Of a stretch of DNA of 64,000 nucleotides, positions 63,552 through 64,000 are shown one piece after another. The notes beneath the pieces were generated by a model. That model saw nothing but the letters and a program-made list of their open reading frames with translations. It was not told the DNA's origin and made no database searches. Location of the stretch: positions 278-64,277 of the forward strand of contig PHCJ01000015.1 in the NCBI GenBank assembly GCA_002842285.1, read 5' to 3'. Source of the stretch: Betaproteobacteria bacterium HGW-Betaproteobacteria-22 (GTDB taxonomy: Bacteria > Pseudomonadota > Gammaproteobacteria > Burkholderiales > Methylophilaceae). Made by a program: the position numbers and the translations under genes. How positions within the stretch are numbered: the first letter of the stretch is position 1; each line of letters opens with the position of its first letter.

Positions 63552-63734
63552 ATGCCGTATGTGAATATCAAATTAGCAGGTGAAGTGACGCGTGAACAGA
63601 AAGCGCAAATAGCAAAAGAAATTACTGAAACACTAGAGCGCGTGGCGCATAAGCCAAAATCTTATACATACATAACATTTGAAGAGGTTGCCTATGAAGA
63701 TTGGGCGATTGGCGGAAAGTTGCTGGATGAATGA
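63552..63734 (+). CDS. 4-oxalocrotonate tautomerase family protein
   Basis: N-terminal Pro (MPYVNIK), 60 aa, WAIGG; GGAG RBS. Confidence 0.9.
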   Translation: MPYVNIKLAGEVTREQKAQIAKEITETLERVAHKPKSYTYITFEEVAYEDWAIGGKLLDE

Positions 63735-63779
63735 TGGTGATACGGGTATGAATAACTTAGCTGATTGTTTTGATCAGAT

Positions 63780-64000
63780 ATGAGTGGCATGCAGCACTTT
63801 GATCATGAGCTCACCGAGCTGGATAGGCAAATTGTGCGTTTAGGCAATTTGTGTGGTTTGGATATGTTGCAGGATAAGACAGTGCTATCCATACTGGAAG
63901 ACAAGACAAAGCTAGAGCATTTTTCAAAGGAGCGGCAAAAACCTTTTCTGCTGTTAAAAGGCTTGCTGACGCTGCGCTACATGGTTGAGCAGCAATGTAT
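63780..64000 (+). CDS. Hypothetical protein, truncated by the window end
   Basis: Open frame MSGMQHFDHELTELDRQIVRL... to the end of the sequence. Confidence 0.5.
   Translation, partial: MSGMQHFDHELTELDRQIVRLGNLCGLDMLQDKTVLSILEDKTKLEHFSKERQKPFLLLKGLLTLRYMVEQQC

Overview
A 64-kb chromosomal window from a moderate-GC (about 45%, estimated by eye) betaproteobacterium. Gene content looks Methylophilaceae-like, which is inference only. Left to right: tRNA-Val(TAC); a tightly coupled 9-gene fatty-acid-modification operon whose distal three genes resemble the furan-fatty-acid ufaD/ufaO/ufaM set; a peptide-ABC/L,D-transpeptidase/nagZ block; a YhaJ-like LysR redox-detox module; housekeeping genes (surE-pcm-nlpD, wrbA, tamAB, purB); and a TCA-branch cluster (sdhCDABE, class I fumarase, acnB). 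The main finding is a 15,493-bp element (36128-51620) inserted in sdhD. It is bounded by 25-bp imperfect terminal inverted repeats and a perfect 8-bp target-site duplication (GATATTTT), and removing it restores an in-frame 115-aa SdhD. It encodes a single intact ISL3-family transposase as the third gene of a translationally coupled MNT-HEPN-transposase operon. That operon has a near-consensus sigma70 promoter flanked by copies of the TIR core. The cargo is a high-GC exporter/phospholipase block plus a stack of truncated and fused gene fragments (response regulator, marR, emrB, mlaC::patatin, GST, IS3). Product names come from motif recognition, not database searches.
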